Shown: positions 1 through 12,678, counted from the first letter of the stretch. The stretch is DNA of 64,000 bases from Burkholderiales bacterium (GCA_035627155.1 DASPMF010000066.1:3991-67990), one strand, 5' to 3'. Numbers and translations are program-made. The notes: a model not told the origin generated them from the sequence alone.

Positions 1-545
1 GCTCTAACGTCGGCAAGTCGAGCGCGATCAACGCGCTGCTCGGGCGGCGCAGCCTCGCGCGCACCAGCAAGACCCCCGGCCGCACGCAAACCATCAACTT
101 CTACGAGATGGGGGCAGCAGCGCGCATCGTGGATCTTCCCGGCTACGGTTACGCGCGCGTTCCGAAGCCGCTGCGCGAGCAGTGGCGCCAGCTGGTCGGC
201 AGCTACCTCCAGGATCGACCCTCCCTGGCCGGCGTCGTGCTGGTGATGGACGCGCGCCATCCGCTCACCGACCTGGATGCCCAGCTGCTCGCGTGGCTCG
301 GCCGCTTTCCGACGCTCGCGCTTCTCTCCAAGGCGGACAAGTTGTCGAGGCGGGAACAGGAGCTCACGCTGAAGGAATGCGCGTCGCGGCTGGCCGACGC
401 CCCGCACGTGCGCGTCGCGCTCTTTTCCAGCACCACCCATCAGGGTCTGGAGGAAGCGCGCGGCGCGCTCGCGGCCTGGCTGCTCGCCGAACGGAATGCC
501 GAGCCGGCAGGTAAGAATAAAAAGCCCCCGGTAAAGGGGATATAA
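1..545 (+). CDS. engB: Ribosome-biogenesis GTPase EngB/YihA, 5' end cut by window edge
   Basis: Frame 3 is open from nt 3 and reads SNVGKSSAINALL (P-loop). Track ORF 108..545 continues it with DLPGYGYA and LLSKADKL (G4-type). TAA stop at 543-545. Confidence 0.85.
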   Translation, partial: SNVGKSSAINALLGRRSLARTSKTPGRTQTINFYEMGAAARIVDLPGYGYARVPKPLREQWRQLVGSYLQDRPSLAGVVLVMDARHPLTDLDAQLLAWLGRFPTLALLSKADKLSRREQELTLKECASRLADAPHVRVALFSSTTHQGLEEARGALAAWLLAERNAEPAGKNKKPPVKGI

Positions 546-577
546 ACCGGGGGCGAAACGCCTTAATCTTGGATTAA

Positions 578-3236
<2,659 letters not shown>

Positions 3237-3240
<4 letters not shown>

Positions 3241-3554
3241 GGCTTCGTTTCGGCTTGGACCCAATCCAGGTACGCGGGCAGGCCGCGCTCGATTGGGACC
3301 GCGATGATCTCAGGAAGTTCGTACGGGTGCCCGGCGCGGATCGCGGCTTCAAGCGCGGGATAGCGTTCGGCGGTCGTCTTCACCAGGAGCGGATGCTCTT
3401 CGTCGTGCTGCACGGCGTCTTTCCATCGGTAGACGGAGCGGCACGGCGAAAGGATGTTCACGCATGCGGCAAGCCGGCCGCCGATCAGCGATTCGGCCAG
3501 CTTCTCGGCCGAGGCCCGATCGGGGAGATTCGTGAGCACGAGGAGTGTTCCCAT
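3237..3554 (-). CDS. cutA: Divalent-cation tolerance protein CutA
   Basis: 105 aa with ATG at 3554. CutA1-family sequence (CVNILSPCRSVYRWKD, HPYELPEI). cutA-dsbD pairing as in the E. coli cutA operon. Confidence 0.85.
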
Positions 3555-3616
3555 GAAGGATAGTGCACCACCCGATCGAGTAGAATCGCGCGCCTTTCGC
3601 CGCGTATTCTAGCGAC

Positions 3617-4681
3617 ATGCATCGCGTCACCCTCCAGCCCAGCGGTCTGCAATTCGACGTCGAGGACGGCGAATCCGTCCTTTCGGCGGCGTTGCGCCAG
3701 GGCTACGTGCTGCCCTACGGGTGCCGCAACGGCGCCTGCGGAAGCTGCAAGGGCCGCATCCTCGACGGAAGCGTGGACTACGGGACTTACCAGAAGAAGG
3801 CCCTCAGCGACGAAGAGAAGGCGCAGGGCAAGGCCCTCTTCTGCCAGGCGCAGCCGCTCGGCCCGCTCGTCATCGAGGCGCGCACGGTGGGCGCGGCGAA
3901 GGACATCCAGGTCAAGACGCTGCCCTGCCGCATCCACAAGATGGAGCGCTGCGCGGACGACGTGATGGTGCTCCACCTCAAGCTCCCGGCGAACGAGCGG
4001 CTGCAGTTCCTGGCCGGGCAGTACATCGAGTTCCTGCTCAAGGACGGGTCACGACGCAGCTTCTCCATGGGCAACGCCCCCCACGACGACGAGCACCTGC
4101 AGCTTCACGTGCGCCATGTGGCGGGTGGCCAGTTCACCGACCACGTCTTCAACAGGATGAAGGAGCGCGACATCCTGCGCTTCGAAGGCCCGCTCGGCAC
4201 GTTCTTCCTGCGCGAGGACAGCGACAAGCCTGCGGTGTTCGTCGCTTCGGGCACGGGCTTCGCGCCGATCAAGTCCATCCTCGAGCATGCATTCAAGAAA
4301 GGCATCTCGCGCCCGATGACGCTCTACTGGGGCGGGCGACGCCCCAAGGACCTCTACATGAATGCGTTGCCGCTGCAATGGGCGGCGGAGCATCCGCATT
4401 TCAAGTACGTCCCGGTGGTCTCCGATGCCCTGCCCGAAGACGGGTGGACAGGACGGACCGGTTTCGTGCATCGGGCCGCCATGGAGGACTTCCCGGACCT
4501 TTCCGGCTGCCAGGTTTACGCCTGCGGCGTGCCGGTCATGGTGGACAGCGCGCGACGGGATTTCGTGCAGCAGTGCCGCCTGCCGGAGACGGAGTTCTAC
4601 GCGGACAGCTTCACGACGCAGGCGGATCTCGCCGATCCGGCTCAGCCTGCAGTGGTGGCGCCGGCGTCCTCGCCCAAGTAA
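3617..4681 (+). CDS. 2Fe-2S ferredoxin / FAD-NAD(P) oxidoreductase fusion (CDP-6-deoxy-delta-3,4-glucoseen reductase-like)
   Basis: N-terminal plant-type ferredoxin motif CRNGACGSCKGRI. FNR-like FAD motif RSFSMGN and NAD(P) motif VASGTGFAPIKS follow. The 3' end overlaps the convergent livF by 40 nt. Confidence 0.75.
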   Translation: MHRVTLQPSGLQFDVEDGESVLSAALRQGYVLPYGCRNGACGSCKGRILDGSVDYGTYQKKALSDEEKAQGKALFCQAQPLGPLVIEARTVGAAKDIQVKTLPCRIHKMERCADDVMVLHLKLPANERLQFLAGQYIEFLLKDGSRRSFSMGNAPHDDEHLQLHVRHVAGGQFTDHVFNRMKERDILRFEGPLGTFFLREDSDKPAVFVASGTGFAPIKSILEHAFKKGISRPMTLYWGGRRPKDLYMNALPLQWAAEHPHFKYVPVVSDALPEDGWTGRTGFVHRAAMEDFPDLSGCQVYACGVPVMVDSARRDFVQQCRLPETEFYADSFTTQADLADPAQPAVVAPASSPK

Positions 4682-5367
4682 GCCTCGCGTACGCGCGGGT
4701 TTGCGAGCAGGGCCTTCGCATCGCCGGAAAGCGCGATGGCGCCCGACTCCATGACGTAGCCGCGGCCCGCCAGCTCCAGCGCGAGCAGGGCGTTCTGCTC
4801 GACGAGCAGGATGGTCACGCCCTGGCGGCCGATCTCGGCCACGATTTCGAAGATCTTCATCACCATCATCGGCGCGAGGCCCATCGACGGCTCGTCGAGG
4901 AGCAGCAGCTTCGGCTCGCTCATCAGCGCGCGGCCGAGCGCGAGCATCTGTTGCTCACCCCCGGAGAGCGTCCCGGCTACCTGCCGCCGGCGCTCCCTCA
5001 GGCGCGGAAAGCGCTCGTACTGAGCCTCCGCGCTGCGGGCCCCGCGGCAGTACGCCCCCATCATGAGGTTCTCTTCGACGGTGAGCTGCGGAAAAATGCC
5101 GCGGCCCTCCGGCACCATGGCGAGCCCGCGGGCGGGGAGCTCGTGCACCGGCACCGCGGATATGTCCGCGCCGCCGTAGCGCAGTTTCGTCGCGCGGGCC
5201 GGCAGCAGGCGCGAGATGGCCTTGAGGGTGGAGCTCTTCCCGGCGCCGTTCGCGCCGATCAGGCACACGAGCTCTCCTTCGTCGACGTGCAGATCGATGC
5301 CCTTCACGGCGAGGATGCCGCCGTAGCTCACCTGCAGGCCCTCGACCTCAAGCAGCACGAGGGGCAC
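4642..5367 (-). CDS. livF: Branched-chain amino acid ABC transporter ATP-binding protein LivF
   Basis: Walker A GANGAGKSST, signature LSGGEQQML, Walker B LLLLDEPS. The first codon at 5367 is GTG (alternative GTG at 5358). Last gene of the liv-type operon. Confidence 0.85.
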   Translation of the reverse strand: MPLVLLEVEGLQVSYGGILAVKGIDLHVDEGELVCLIGANGAGKSSTLKAISRLLPARATKLRYGGADISAVPVHELPARGLAMVPEGRGIFPQLTVEENLMMGAYCRGARSAEAQYERFPRLRERRRQVAGTLSGGEQQMLALGRALMSEPKLLLLDEPSMGLAPMMVMKIFEIVAEIGRQGVTILLVEQNALLALELAGRGYVMESGAIALSGDAKALLANPRVREAYLGEDAGATTAG

Positions 5368-6118
5368 CCAGGTAAGCCTCGATCACCTTCGGATCGCGCT
5401 GCACTTCCGCGGGCCGGCCTTCCGCGATCTTTTCGCCGTAGTCGAGCACCATGACGCGATCGCATACGTTCATGACCAGGCGCACATCGTGCTCGATGAG
5501 CAACACCGTGACCCCGCTTTCGCGGATGGTGCGGATCAGCCTACCGAGCGCCACGCGCTCCGTGGGATTCATACCGGCGGCCGGCTCATCCAGCGCGAGC
5601 AGCTTGGGTTCGGTCGCGAGGGCGCGGGCGATCTCGAGCCTCCGTTGATCGCCATAAGGCAGGCTGCCGGCCGGGTCGTTTGCCCGGTGCCGGATGCCGA
5701 CGAAATCGAGCAGCTCGAGCGCCTTCGTTTCGATGGCGTGCTCTTCCGCAAGCGTCGCCTTGTTGCGCAGGATGGCCGCAAGGACGCCCGCGCGCGTGCG
5801 GCAATGGCGGCCGATCATGACGTTCTCCAGCGCCGAAAGATTGGCGAACAGGCGGATGTTCTGGAAGGTGCGGGCGATGCCGGCCTTCGCCACCTCGTCC
5901 GGCTTGAGCCCTCCGAGCGAGCGTCCGTCGAAGACGAAGACGCCGGCATCGGCGGCATAGATGCCGGTCAGCAGGTTGAAGAGCGTCGTCTTGCCCGCCC
6001 CGTTCGGCCCGATCAGGCCGAAGATCTCGCCGCGGTCGATGGCGAAGGAGACGTTGCCGAGCGCCTGCACGCCGCCGAAGCGTTTTGTGAGGGCCTGGGC
6101 GGAAAGTAGCCGACTCAT
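5348..6118 (-). CDS. livG: Branched-chain amino acid ABC transporter ATP-binding protein LivG
   Basis: Motifs GPNGAGKTTLFN, YGDQRRLEIARAL, LLALDEPAAG. ATG at 6118 overlaps the livM stop (ATGA). Confidence 0.85.
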   Translation of the reverse strand: MSRLLSAQALTKRFGGVQALGNVSFAIDRGEIFGLIGPNGAGKTTLFNLLTGIYAADAGVFVFDGRSLGGLKPDEVAKAGIARTFQNIRLFANLSALENVMIGRHCRTRAGVLAAILRNKATLAEEHAIETKALELLDFVGIRHRANDPAGSLPYGDQRRLEIARALATEPKLLALDEPAAGMNPTERVALGRLIRTIRESGVTVLLIEHDVRLVMNVCDRVMVLDYGEKIAEGRPAEVQRDPKVIEAYLGAPRAA

Positions 6119-7176
6119 GCCGGCGTGCGCTGGGTGAGCTCGCGCTTTCGCACCGCGGATGGGAGCAGGCCGGCGGGGCGGAACAGCATGATGAGGACCA
6201 GCGCGAGCCCGAAGATCAGCATGCGGATCACTTCCGGTTCGACGAGCTGGCGGCCGAAGAGGCGTGCCTGCAGCGGCTCGACCGTCCAGCGCAGGATCTC
6301 CGGGACGAAAGACAGGAGCAACGCCCCGAGGATCACGCCCCAGATGTTTCCCATGCCGCCCAAGACCACCATTGAAACCACCATGATCGATTCGACCAGG
6401 ACAAAGCTCTCCGGGGATATGAAGCCCTGGATGGCGGAGAACATTCCACCGGCCACGCCGCCGAACGTCGCGCCCATCGCGAACGCCAGGAGCTTGAGAT
6501 GGGTCGTATTGATTCCCATGGCGCGCGCCGCCACCTCGTCCTCACGGATCGCCTCCCAGGCGCGCCCGACACGCGAGTTCTGCAGCCGGATGTTGATGAC
6601 AATCACCGCGAGCGCGACGATGAGCAGGAGGTAGTAGTACTTGATCGGGCCGCTGAAATTGAGCCCCAAGAAGGTTTCGGGCCGGGCAAAGCTGAACTCG
6701 CCGACGCTGAACGGATCGATGCGCGTGATGCCCTGCGGCCCGTTCGTGAGATTGACCGGACGGGAAAGGTTGTTGAGGAAGATGCGGATGATCTCGCCGA
6801 AGCCGAGCGTCACGATGGCGAGGTAGTCCCCCCGCAGCTTCAGCACCGGCGCGCCGAGAAGGACCCCGAACAGGGCTGCAATGCAGGCGCCGATCGGCAG
6901 GATGACCCAGAACGGCAGGTGCACGTTGAAGTGCGGGCTCGCGAGAAGCGCGTAGACGTACGCGCCGACAGCGTAGAACGCGATATAGCCCAGATCGAGC
7001 AGGCCGGCGAACCCGACGACGATGTTGAGGCCCAGGGCGAGCAGGATGTAGAGCAATGCGTAGTTCGTGATCCGCACCCAGGATGTACCCGCGTAAGAGC
7101 CGAGCGCGAACGGGAGCACCGCGAGCGCAACCGCGATCAATCCGAAGCCGACCCAGACGCGCGCCGGCGCGATCAC
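6115..7176 (-). CDS. livM: Branched-chain amino acid ABC transporter permease LivM
   Basis: These are the last 353 codons of track ORF 6115..7926. GTG at 7176 overlaps the livH stop (GTGA). It is a multi-pass permease (LALGLNIVVGFAGLLDLGYIAFYAVGAY). The upstream part of the track ORF overlaps livH out of frame. Confidence 0.8.
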   Translation of the reverse strand: MIAPARVWVGFGLIAVALAVLPFALGSYAGTSWVRITNYALLYILLALGLNIVVGFAGLLDLGYIAFYAVGAYVYALLASPHFNVHLPFWVILPIGACIAALFGVLLGAPVLKLRGDYLAIVTLGFGEIIRIFLNNLSRPVNLTNGPQGITRIDPFSVGEFSFARPETFLGLNFSGPIKYYYLLLIVALAVIVINIRLQNSRVGRAWEAIREDEVAARAMGINTTHLKLLAFAMGATFGGVAGGMFSAIQGFISPESFVLVESIMVVSMVVLGGMGNIWGVILGALLLSFVPEILRWTVEPLQARLFGRQLVEPEVIRMLIFGLALVLIMLFRPAGLLPSAVRKRELTQRTPA

Positions 7177-8159
7177 GCGCGGTCCCCCACCCGCTCGCCA
7201 AGCAGCCCCTGCGGCCGGAACACGAGGACCAGCACGAGGACAAGGAACGCGAAGACATCCTGGTAGTTCGAGCCGAAGAGGATGAAATGGCCGCCATCGG
7301 CGCATTGCGACTCGAGCAGCCCGGCGAGCCAGCCGTACGCGCAAAGATCGCTGATGTCGCCGATGTAGCCGGCGCCGAGCGCCTCGACGACGCCGAGAAG
7401 GATGCCGCCGAGCATCGCGCCCGGTACGTTGCCGATGCCTCCCAGCACGGCCGCGGAGAAGGCCTTCAGGCCGAGGATCGAGCCCATCGTGTACTGCGCG
7501 ATGCCGTAATAGGTGCCGTACAGGACGCCCGCTACGGCGCCCAATGCAGCCCCGAGCACGAACGTGAAGGCGATCACGCGGTTGATGTCGATTCCCATGA
7601 GCCCCGCGACCTGCTGGTTCTGCGCCGTGGCCCGCATCGCCGTGCCGAGGCGCGTGCGGTACACCAGCAGCGTAAGTCCGCCCATCATCGCAAGGCACAC
7701 GCCGATGATCGCGATCTGCATGCTGGTGATCGCCGCGCCGCCGACGTTGAAGGTCGTGACGTGGATGATCTGGGGAAAGGCGAGCACGTTGCGGCTGAAC
7801 ACGAGCATTGCAAGGTGCTGCAGGATGATGGAGACGCCGATCGCCGTGATGAGCGGCGCGAGCCGCGGCGCGCGGCGCAGCGGCCGGTACGCGAGCCGCT
7901 CCATCCCATACCCGATCGCCATGCACACCGGGATCGCCGCCGCCGTGCCGACCAGCACCACCGCCAGCGGCGGCATGCCGCCGGCGGCGAGCGCGGTGAT
8001 GACAGTGAAGGCGACCATGGCACCGATCATCACCACCTCGCCGTGGGCGAAGTTGATGAGCTGGATGATGCCGTACACCATCGTGTAGCCGAGCGCCACG
8101 ATGGCGTAGACGCTTCCCAGGGTCACTCCGTTGATGACCTGCTGCAGGAAGATGTCCAT
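7173..8159 (-). CDS. livH: Branched-chain amino acid ABC transporter permease LivH
   Basis: 328 aa with ATG at 8159. N-terminus MDIFLQQVINGVTLGSVYAIVALGYTMVYG is typical of LivH-family permeases. Confidence 0.85.
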   Translation of the reverse strand: MDIFLQQVINGVTLGSVYAIVALGYTMVYGIIQLINFAHGEVVMIGAMVAFTVITALAAGGMPPLAVVLVGTAAAIPVCMAIGYGMERLAYRPLRRAPRLAPLITAIGVSIILQHLAMLVFSRNVLAFPQIIHVTTFNVGGAAITSMQIAIIGVCLAMMGGLTLLVYRTRLGTAMRATAQNQQVAGLMGIDINRVIAFTFVLGAALGAVAGVLYGTYYGIAQYTMGSILGLKAFSAAVLGGIGNVPGAMLGGILLGVVEALGAGYIGDISDLCAYGWLAGLLESQCADGGHFILFGSNYQDVFAFLVLVLVLVFRPQGLLGERVGDRA

Positions 8160-8182
8160 GCGCCGCGAAGCCTAGCAGAGCG

Positions 8183-8211
8183 CAAATAAAAACGGCACCC
8201 GAAGGTGCCGT
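8183..8211 (-). terminator. Rho-independent terminator/attenuator between livK and livHMGF
   Basis: Minus-strand RNA forms AACGGCACC-UUCG-GGUGCCGUU (9-bp stem, UUCG tetraloop) followed by UUUUAUUU. It lies 21 nt downstream of the livK stop. Confidence 0.7.
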
Positions 8212-8231
8212 TCCAAGGTCCGCAGGAAAAG

Positions 8232-9467
8232 CTACCGGCTCTTGAGGAACTCCTCGTAGCTCTGCGTCTTGCCGCCTTTCACGACCGCGATGGGCGCGAT
8301 CTTGCCGCCCTTCATGGTGAAGATGGTGATCTCGGCATCCTTGCGGTCGCCCTTCTCGTCGAAGGAGATCGTGCCGGTGGCGCCTTTATGGCTGATCTTC
8401 TGCAGCTCCGGGAGATACTTCGCCGGATCCGTGGAGTCGGCCTTCTTCATCGCCTCGATGAGGAGGTTCGCCGAGTCGTAGGTGAACGGCGCATAGAGGA
8501 TCGGGTCCACGTTGAACTTCTTCTTGTACGAGTCGAGGAATGTCTTCGAAGCCGCCTGCGGCGGGATGCCGGCCTGCGAGCAGAGCAGGCCCTCGGCCGC
8601 GTCGCCGGCGAGCTCCTGCATCTTGTCGGTGCAGGCGCCGTCTCCGAACGAGAAGACCGCCTTGATGCCGAGCTCGCGCCCCTGCTTGAGCAGCGGCCCG
8701 CCTGTCGCGTCCATGCCGCCGTAGAACACTGCGTCCGGCTTGCGGCCGCGCAGCTTGGTGAGAATGGCCTTCCAGTCGGTCGTCTTGTCGGTGCCTTTCT
8801 CGCGCGGCAGCACCTTGATGTTCGCCGCCTTCAGGGTCTTCTCGACCTCGTTGGCGATGCCCTCGCCGTACGCCGTCGCGTCGTCGATCACGGCGACGAC
8901 CTTCGGCTTCTTCTCGCCCGCGAGGTAGCTCGCGATGGCGGGGCCCTGCTGGTCGTCGCGGCCGACCACGCGGAACACGTTCTTGAAGCCCTGCTCGGTG
9001 AGCTTCGGGTTGGTGGCGGAGCCGCTGATCATCGGGATGCCGGCCTGGTTGTAGATCGCCGAGGCGGGAATCGTGGTGCCGGAGTTGAGGTGGCCGACGA
9101 CGCCGTTCACCTTGTCGTCCACCAACTTCTGGGCTACGGTCGTGCCGGTCTTCGGATCCGCCTGGTCGTCCACGCCGATCAGCGTGAACTTCGCGGCCTT
9201 GCCGCCGATCTTGACGCCGGCCTCGTTCGCCTCGTCGATGGCGAGCTTGGCGCCGTTCTCGTTGTCCTTCCCGAGGTGGGCGATCCCGCCGGTGAGGGGC
9301 GCTGCATGCCCGATCCGGACCTCGACCGCGTCCGCGGCCGGCTTAGGTGCTTCGGCCGCCGGGCTCGCCGCCTTCTGCTCGGCCTTCGGTGCGGGCTTTT
9401 GCTCGCCGCAGCCGATCAGCGCGATCGAAGCCGCGAGAAGCGACAGTGCAAGCTTGGAATTCTTCAT
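8232..9467 (-). CDS. livK: Branched-chain amino acid ABC transporter substrate-binding lipoprotein (LivK/LivJ family)
   Basis: 411 aa. Lipoprotein signal with lipobox LIGC (MKNSKLALSLLAASIALIGCG). Type-I periplasmic binding fold sequence (IGHAAPLTGGIAHLGKD). SD GGAGAG lies upstream of the ATG at 9467. Confidence 0.8.
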   Translation of the reverse strand: MKNSKLALSLLAASIALIGCGEQKPAPKAEQKAASPAAEAPKPAADAVEVRIGHAAPLTGGIAHLGKDNENGAKLAIDEANEAGVKIGGKAAKFTLIGVDDQADPKTGTTVAQKLVDDKVNGVVGHLNSGTTIPASAIYNQAGIPMISGSATNPKLTEQGFKNVFRVVGRDDQQGPAIASYLAGEKKPKVVAVIDDATAYGEGIANEVEKTLKAANIKVLPREKGTDKTTDWKAILTKLRGRKPDAVFYGGMDATGGPLLKQGRELGIKAVFSFGDGACTDKMQELAGDAAEGLLCSQAGIPPQAASKTFLDSYKKKFNVDPILYAPFTYDSANLLIEAMKKADSTDPAKYLPELQKISHKGATGTISFDEKGDRKDAEITIFTMKGGKIAPIAVVKGGKTQSYEEFLKSR

Positions 9468-9495
9468 TGGTCTCTCCGCTGAGAGGAGTTGAAAT

Positions 9496-9519
9496 GGGGG
9501 CGGTAATCATACCGCCCCC
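9496..9519 (-). terminator. Perfect 10-bp hairpin downstream of the cytochrome c gene (weak U-tract)
   Basis: GGGGGCGGTA-ATCA-TACCGCCCCC. On the minus strand it is followed by AUUUCAA only, so termination efficiency is uncertain. It lies in the 87-nt cytochrome c-livK spacer. Confidence 0.4.
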
Positions 9520-9554
9520 TCGCGAAGCAACGACGCGGAAAGCCCGGGGTCAGC

Positions 9555-9875
9555 CTACTTCTGCGACAACACCCATTTGACCAGTGCACGGACGTCGGCG
9601 TCCGGAACGGTCGCGTTGGGGGGCATGGGGACCTGGCCCCATACGCCCACGCCGCCCTTCTTCACCTTGTCGAAGAGCTTGGCCTCGGCCTGCTTGTCGC
9701 TCGCGTACTTGGCGGCCACTTCCTTGAAGGACGGCCCCACCACCTTCTTGTCCACCTGGTGGCAAGCCATGCAGTTGTGTTTCTTGGCCAGGGCTTCGTT
9801 CGCCGCGGCGGGCAGCGGCGCGGCGAGGACGGCGAGCGCGGCGGCGGAAGCCAGCGCAGTGGCGATACGGGTCAT
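9555..9875 (-). CDS. Class I c-type cytochrome (c551/c552-like), secreted
   Basis: 106 aa with a signal peptide, heme motif CMACH and distal Met context VPMPPN. SD AGGAG lies before the ATG at 9875. Confidence 0.85.
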   Translation of the reverse strand: MTRIATALASAAALAVLAAPLPAAANEALAKKHNCMACHQVDKKVVGPSFKEVAAKYASDKQAEAKLFDKVKKGGVGVWGQVPMPPNATVPDADVRALVKWVLSQK

Positions 9876-9980
9876 GGAATCTCCTTAAGGCTGCCCGGAT
9901 TTTACAAGAACCGGGGCTTCGTCTCTTTAACGCGCCGAGGCCTCGCGCGGTTGACCCGGCGAGAAAGGCACAATCGCAGC

Positions 9981-10550
9981 ATGGACACGCTCCACCCCCG
10001 CGCCGCTCAGGTGCTCGCCTTCTGGTTCCGCGGCGACGATCGCGACCCGCGCTGGTTCGCAAAGGCGGCCGAATTCGACGCGGAGATCCGCGACACGTTC
10101 CTTCCCGTCTACGACGAGGCGGCGCAGGGCGCTTTCGCGCCATGGATCGATGCACCGCGCGAATGCCTCGCACTGATCCTGCTGCTCGACCAGTTTCCGC
10201 GCAACATGTTTCGCGGCAGCGCGCGCGCCTTTGCGACCGACGCGCATGCGCTCGCCGCGGCGAAGGAAGCCGTGCGGCGCGGCCACGACCGGTCGATGCG
10301 GCCCTGTGAGCGCATGTTCCTGTACCTGCCTTTCCAGCATGCGGAGTCGCTGGAGGAGCAGCGCGCGAGCATCTCGCTCAACGCGCCGCTCGGCGAGTTC
10401 CCGGAGACCTTCGACGTGCCGCGGTTCGCCGCGGCGCACCTCGCCATCATCGAGCGCTTCGGCCGGTTTCCCCATCGCAACGCCGCGCTCGGCCGGCCCA
10501 GCACCGCCGAAGAAGTGGAATTCCTGAAACAGCCCGGCTCGGGCTTCTAG
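9981..10550 (+). CDS. DUF924 family protein
   Basis: Internal ATG of track ORF 9759..10550. Sequence WF..DAEIRDTF, LLLDQFPRNMFRG, RFGRFPHRNAALGRPST is typical of DUF924. Confidence 0.75.
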   Translation: MDTLHPRAAQVLAFWFRGDDRDPRWFAKAAEFDAEIRDTFLPVYDEAAQGAFAPWIDAPRECLALILLLDQFPRNMFRGSARAFATDAHALAAAKEAVRRGHDRSMRPCERMFLYLPFQHAESLEEQRASISLNAPLGEFPETFDVPRFAAAHLAIIERFGRFPHRNAALGRPSTAEEVEFLKQPGSGF

Positions 10551-10552
10551 CG

Positions 10553-10900
10553 CTAACGCCCCATGGACGCGTTAGGGTCCGGCGCGATGGCCCGGCTCAC
10601 GGTGGTCATCGGAAGGACGTAGGCGAGCTGGCTCGACTTCGGCGCTCCGACGCGCACCGCGATGCGTTCTCCGAGGGACAGCGGCATTTCGTCCGGCAGC
10701 CGCGCCAGGATCCTGCGGCCGTCCACATCCACATCCGCCCAGCGCGCGCCCCCGCGGGGACGCGCCAGGCGCTCTTCCATCAGCACGCCGGGCGACGCTT
10801 CGCGATAGATCGCAGCAACGCGCCCGGTCACTTCCTCGGCGCCCGAAGGGAACGGCAGGGTGGCGAGGGCGAGGAGTGCCAGCAGGCGTAGACGGCGCAT
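10553..10900 (-). CDS. Hypothetical exported protein (115 aa)
   Basis: These are the last 115 codons of track ORF 10553..12211, from the ATG at 10900. Clear signal peptide MRRLRLLALLALATLPFPSGAEE. No family recognised. The rest of the track ORF overlaps ilvD out of frame. Confidence 0.5.
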   Translation of the reverse strand: MRRLRLLALLALATLPFPSGAEEVTGRVAAIYREASPGVLMEERLARPRGGARWADVDVDGRRILARLPDEMPLSLGERIAVRVGAPKSSQLAYVLPMTTVSRAIAPDPNASMGR

Positions 10901-10992
10901 GGGCGCAAGTTTCCGCCGCTCGTGTGATGCCCGCGCGCGCGGGCTCAGCGGGACTTCACCGTCCGAGCGGACTGTCGCCCCGCAGCGTCGCG

Positions 10993-12678
10993 TTATTTGT
11001 CCGTGACGGCGCCTTGCGAGGCGGTCGAGACGAGCTTCATGTACTTCGCGAGCAGCCCGGCGGTGTACTTCGGCGCGGGCGCCTTCCATTTCTTGCGTCG
11101 GGCGGCAAGCTCCTTCGCCGACACGTTGAGCTGGATGAGGCGCTTGCGCGCGTCGATGGTGATCGAGTCGCCTTCCTTCACGAGCGCGATGGTTCCGCCG
11201 ACGTACGCTTCGGGCGCCACGTGGCCCACCACCATGCCCCATGTGCCGCCGGAGAAGCGCCCGTCGGTGAGCAGGCCGACCGACTCGCCCAAGCCCTGGC
11301 CGATGAGCGCGGAGGTCGGCGCCAGCATTTCCTGCATGCCGGGGCCGCCCCGCGGCCCCTCGTAGCGGATGACGATGACGTCGCCGGGCTTGATGCGCTT
11401 GGCCATGATGGCCTTCATGCAGGCGTTTTCCGAATCGAAGACGCGCGCCGGACCGGTGATGGTCGGATTCTTGAGTCCGGTGATTTTCGCCACGCAGCCC
11501 TCCGTGGCGAGGTTGCCCTTGAGGATCGCCAGGTGCCCTTGCGTGTACAGCGGCTTCGACCAGGGCCGGATCACGTCCTGATCCGCGCGCGGCTCGTCGG
11601 GCACATCCTTCAGCAGCTCCGCCATGGTCCTGCCCTGGATCGTCATGCAGTCCCCGTGCAGCACGCCGTTCTTCAGCAGGATCTTCAGTACCTGCGGCAC
11701 GCCGCCGGCACGGTGGAAGTCGACGGCGACGTAGCGGCCCGACGGCTTCAGGTCGCATAGCACCGGCACCTTGCGGCGCACCCGTTCGAAGTCGTCGATG
11801 GTCCACTTCACCTTGGCCGCGCTCGCGATCGCAAGGTAATGCAGCACTGCGTTCGTCGAGCCGCCGGTCGCCATGACGAGGGCCACGGCGTTCTCGATCG
11901 ACTTGCGCGTGATGATGTCGCGCGGCTTGAGGTCGCGCCGGATGGCCTCGACCAGCACGCGCGCCGATTCCGCCGCCGAGTCGGCCTTCTCCGCGTCCGG
12001 CGCCGCCATCTGCGAGGAACCGAGCAGGCTCATGCCGAGCGCCTCGAAGGAGGAGCTCATGGTGTTGGCCGTGTACATGCCGCCGCAGGCCCCGACGCTC
12101 GGGCACGCGTTCTTCTCGATGCCGACGAAATCCTCCTGCGCCATCTTGCCCGCGCTGAACGCGCCGACCGCCTCGAAGGCCGAGACGATCGTCAGGTCCT
12201 GGCCCTTCCATTTGCCCGGCTTGATGGTCCCGCCATAGACGTAGATCGACGGCACATTCATGCGCGCGATGGCCATCATCCCGCCCGGCATGTTCTTGTC
12301 GCAGCCGCCGACGACCAGCGCGCCGTCCATCGCCTGCCCGTTCACGCTGGTTTCAATCGCGTCGGCGATCACCTCGCGCGAGACCAGGGAGTACTTCATC
12401 GCCTCGGTGCCCATGCCGATACCGTCGGTAATCGTGGGCACGCCGAAGACCTGCGGCTTCGCGCCGGCCTTCTCGAGCGCCTGCATCGCCCGGTCGACCA
12501 GCGGCTGGATGCCCGCGTTGCACGGGTTCATGTTCGAGTGGCCGTTCGCCACGCCCACGATCGGTTTCTCGAAGTCGCCGTCGCCGAATCCGACCGCGCG
12601 CAGCATGGCGCGGTTGGGCGAGCGGGCGACGCCCTGGGTGATGAGGCGGGAGCGGCGGTTCGGGGGCGTGGCGGCCAT
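10993..12678 (-). CDS. ilvD: Dihydroxy-acid dehydratase
   Basis: IlvD/Edd family ([38 protein letters not shown]). ATG at 12678 is preceded by SD GGAGA. The track start at 12711 is 11 codons further upstream. Confidence 0.9.
   Translation of the reverse strand: MAATPPNRRSRLITQGVARSPNRAMLRAVGFGDGDFEKPIVGVANGHSNMNPCNAGIQPLVDRAMQALEKAGAKPQVFGVPTITDGIGMGTEAMKYSLVSREVIADAIETSVNGQAMDGALVVGGCDKNMPGGMMAIARMNVPSIYVYGGTIKPGKWKGQDLTIVSAFEAVGAFSAGKMAQEDFVGIEKNACPSVGACGGMYTANTMSSSFEALGMSLLGSSQMAAPDAEKADSAAESARVLVEAIRRDLKPRDIITRKSIENAVALVMATGGSTNAVLHYLAIASAAKVKWTIDDFERVRRKVPVLCDLKPSGRYVAVDFHRAGGVPQVLKILLKNGVLHGDCMTIQGRTMAELLKDVPDEPRADQDVIRPWSKPLYTQGHLAILKGNLATEGCVAKITGLKNPTITGPARVFDSENACMKAIMAKRIKPGDVIVIRYEGPRGGPGMQEMLAPTSALIGQGLGESVGLLTDGRFSGGTWGMVVGHVAPEAYVGGTIALVKEGDSITIDARKRLIQLNVSAKELAARRKKWKAPAPKYTAGLLAKYMKLVSTASQGAVTDK

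Noticed and set aside
3721-5454. 577-aa plus-strand ORF
   Set aside because: It runs out of frame through the ferredoxin-reductase gene and then antisense through livF/livG. Its Arg/Pro/Gly-rich composition shows no family features.
7177-7926. 250-codon N-terminal extension of the livM track ORF
   Set aside because: It overlaps livH in another frame. The GTG at 7176 gives the GTGA coupling and a normal-length permease.
8205-9482. 425-aa plus-strand ORF
   Set aside because: It is fully antisense to the livK-type binding-protein gene, and its sequence is repetitive Leu/Arg/Asp/Gly-rich.
10901-12211. Upstream 437 codons of the 552-aa minus ORF 10553..12211
   Set aside because: This part overlaps ilvD out of frame. 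Only the last 115 codons (signal peptide onward) lie in otherwise unassigned DNA.
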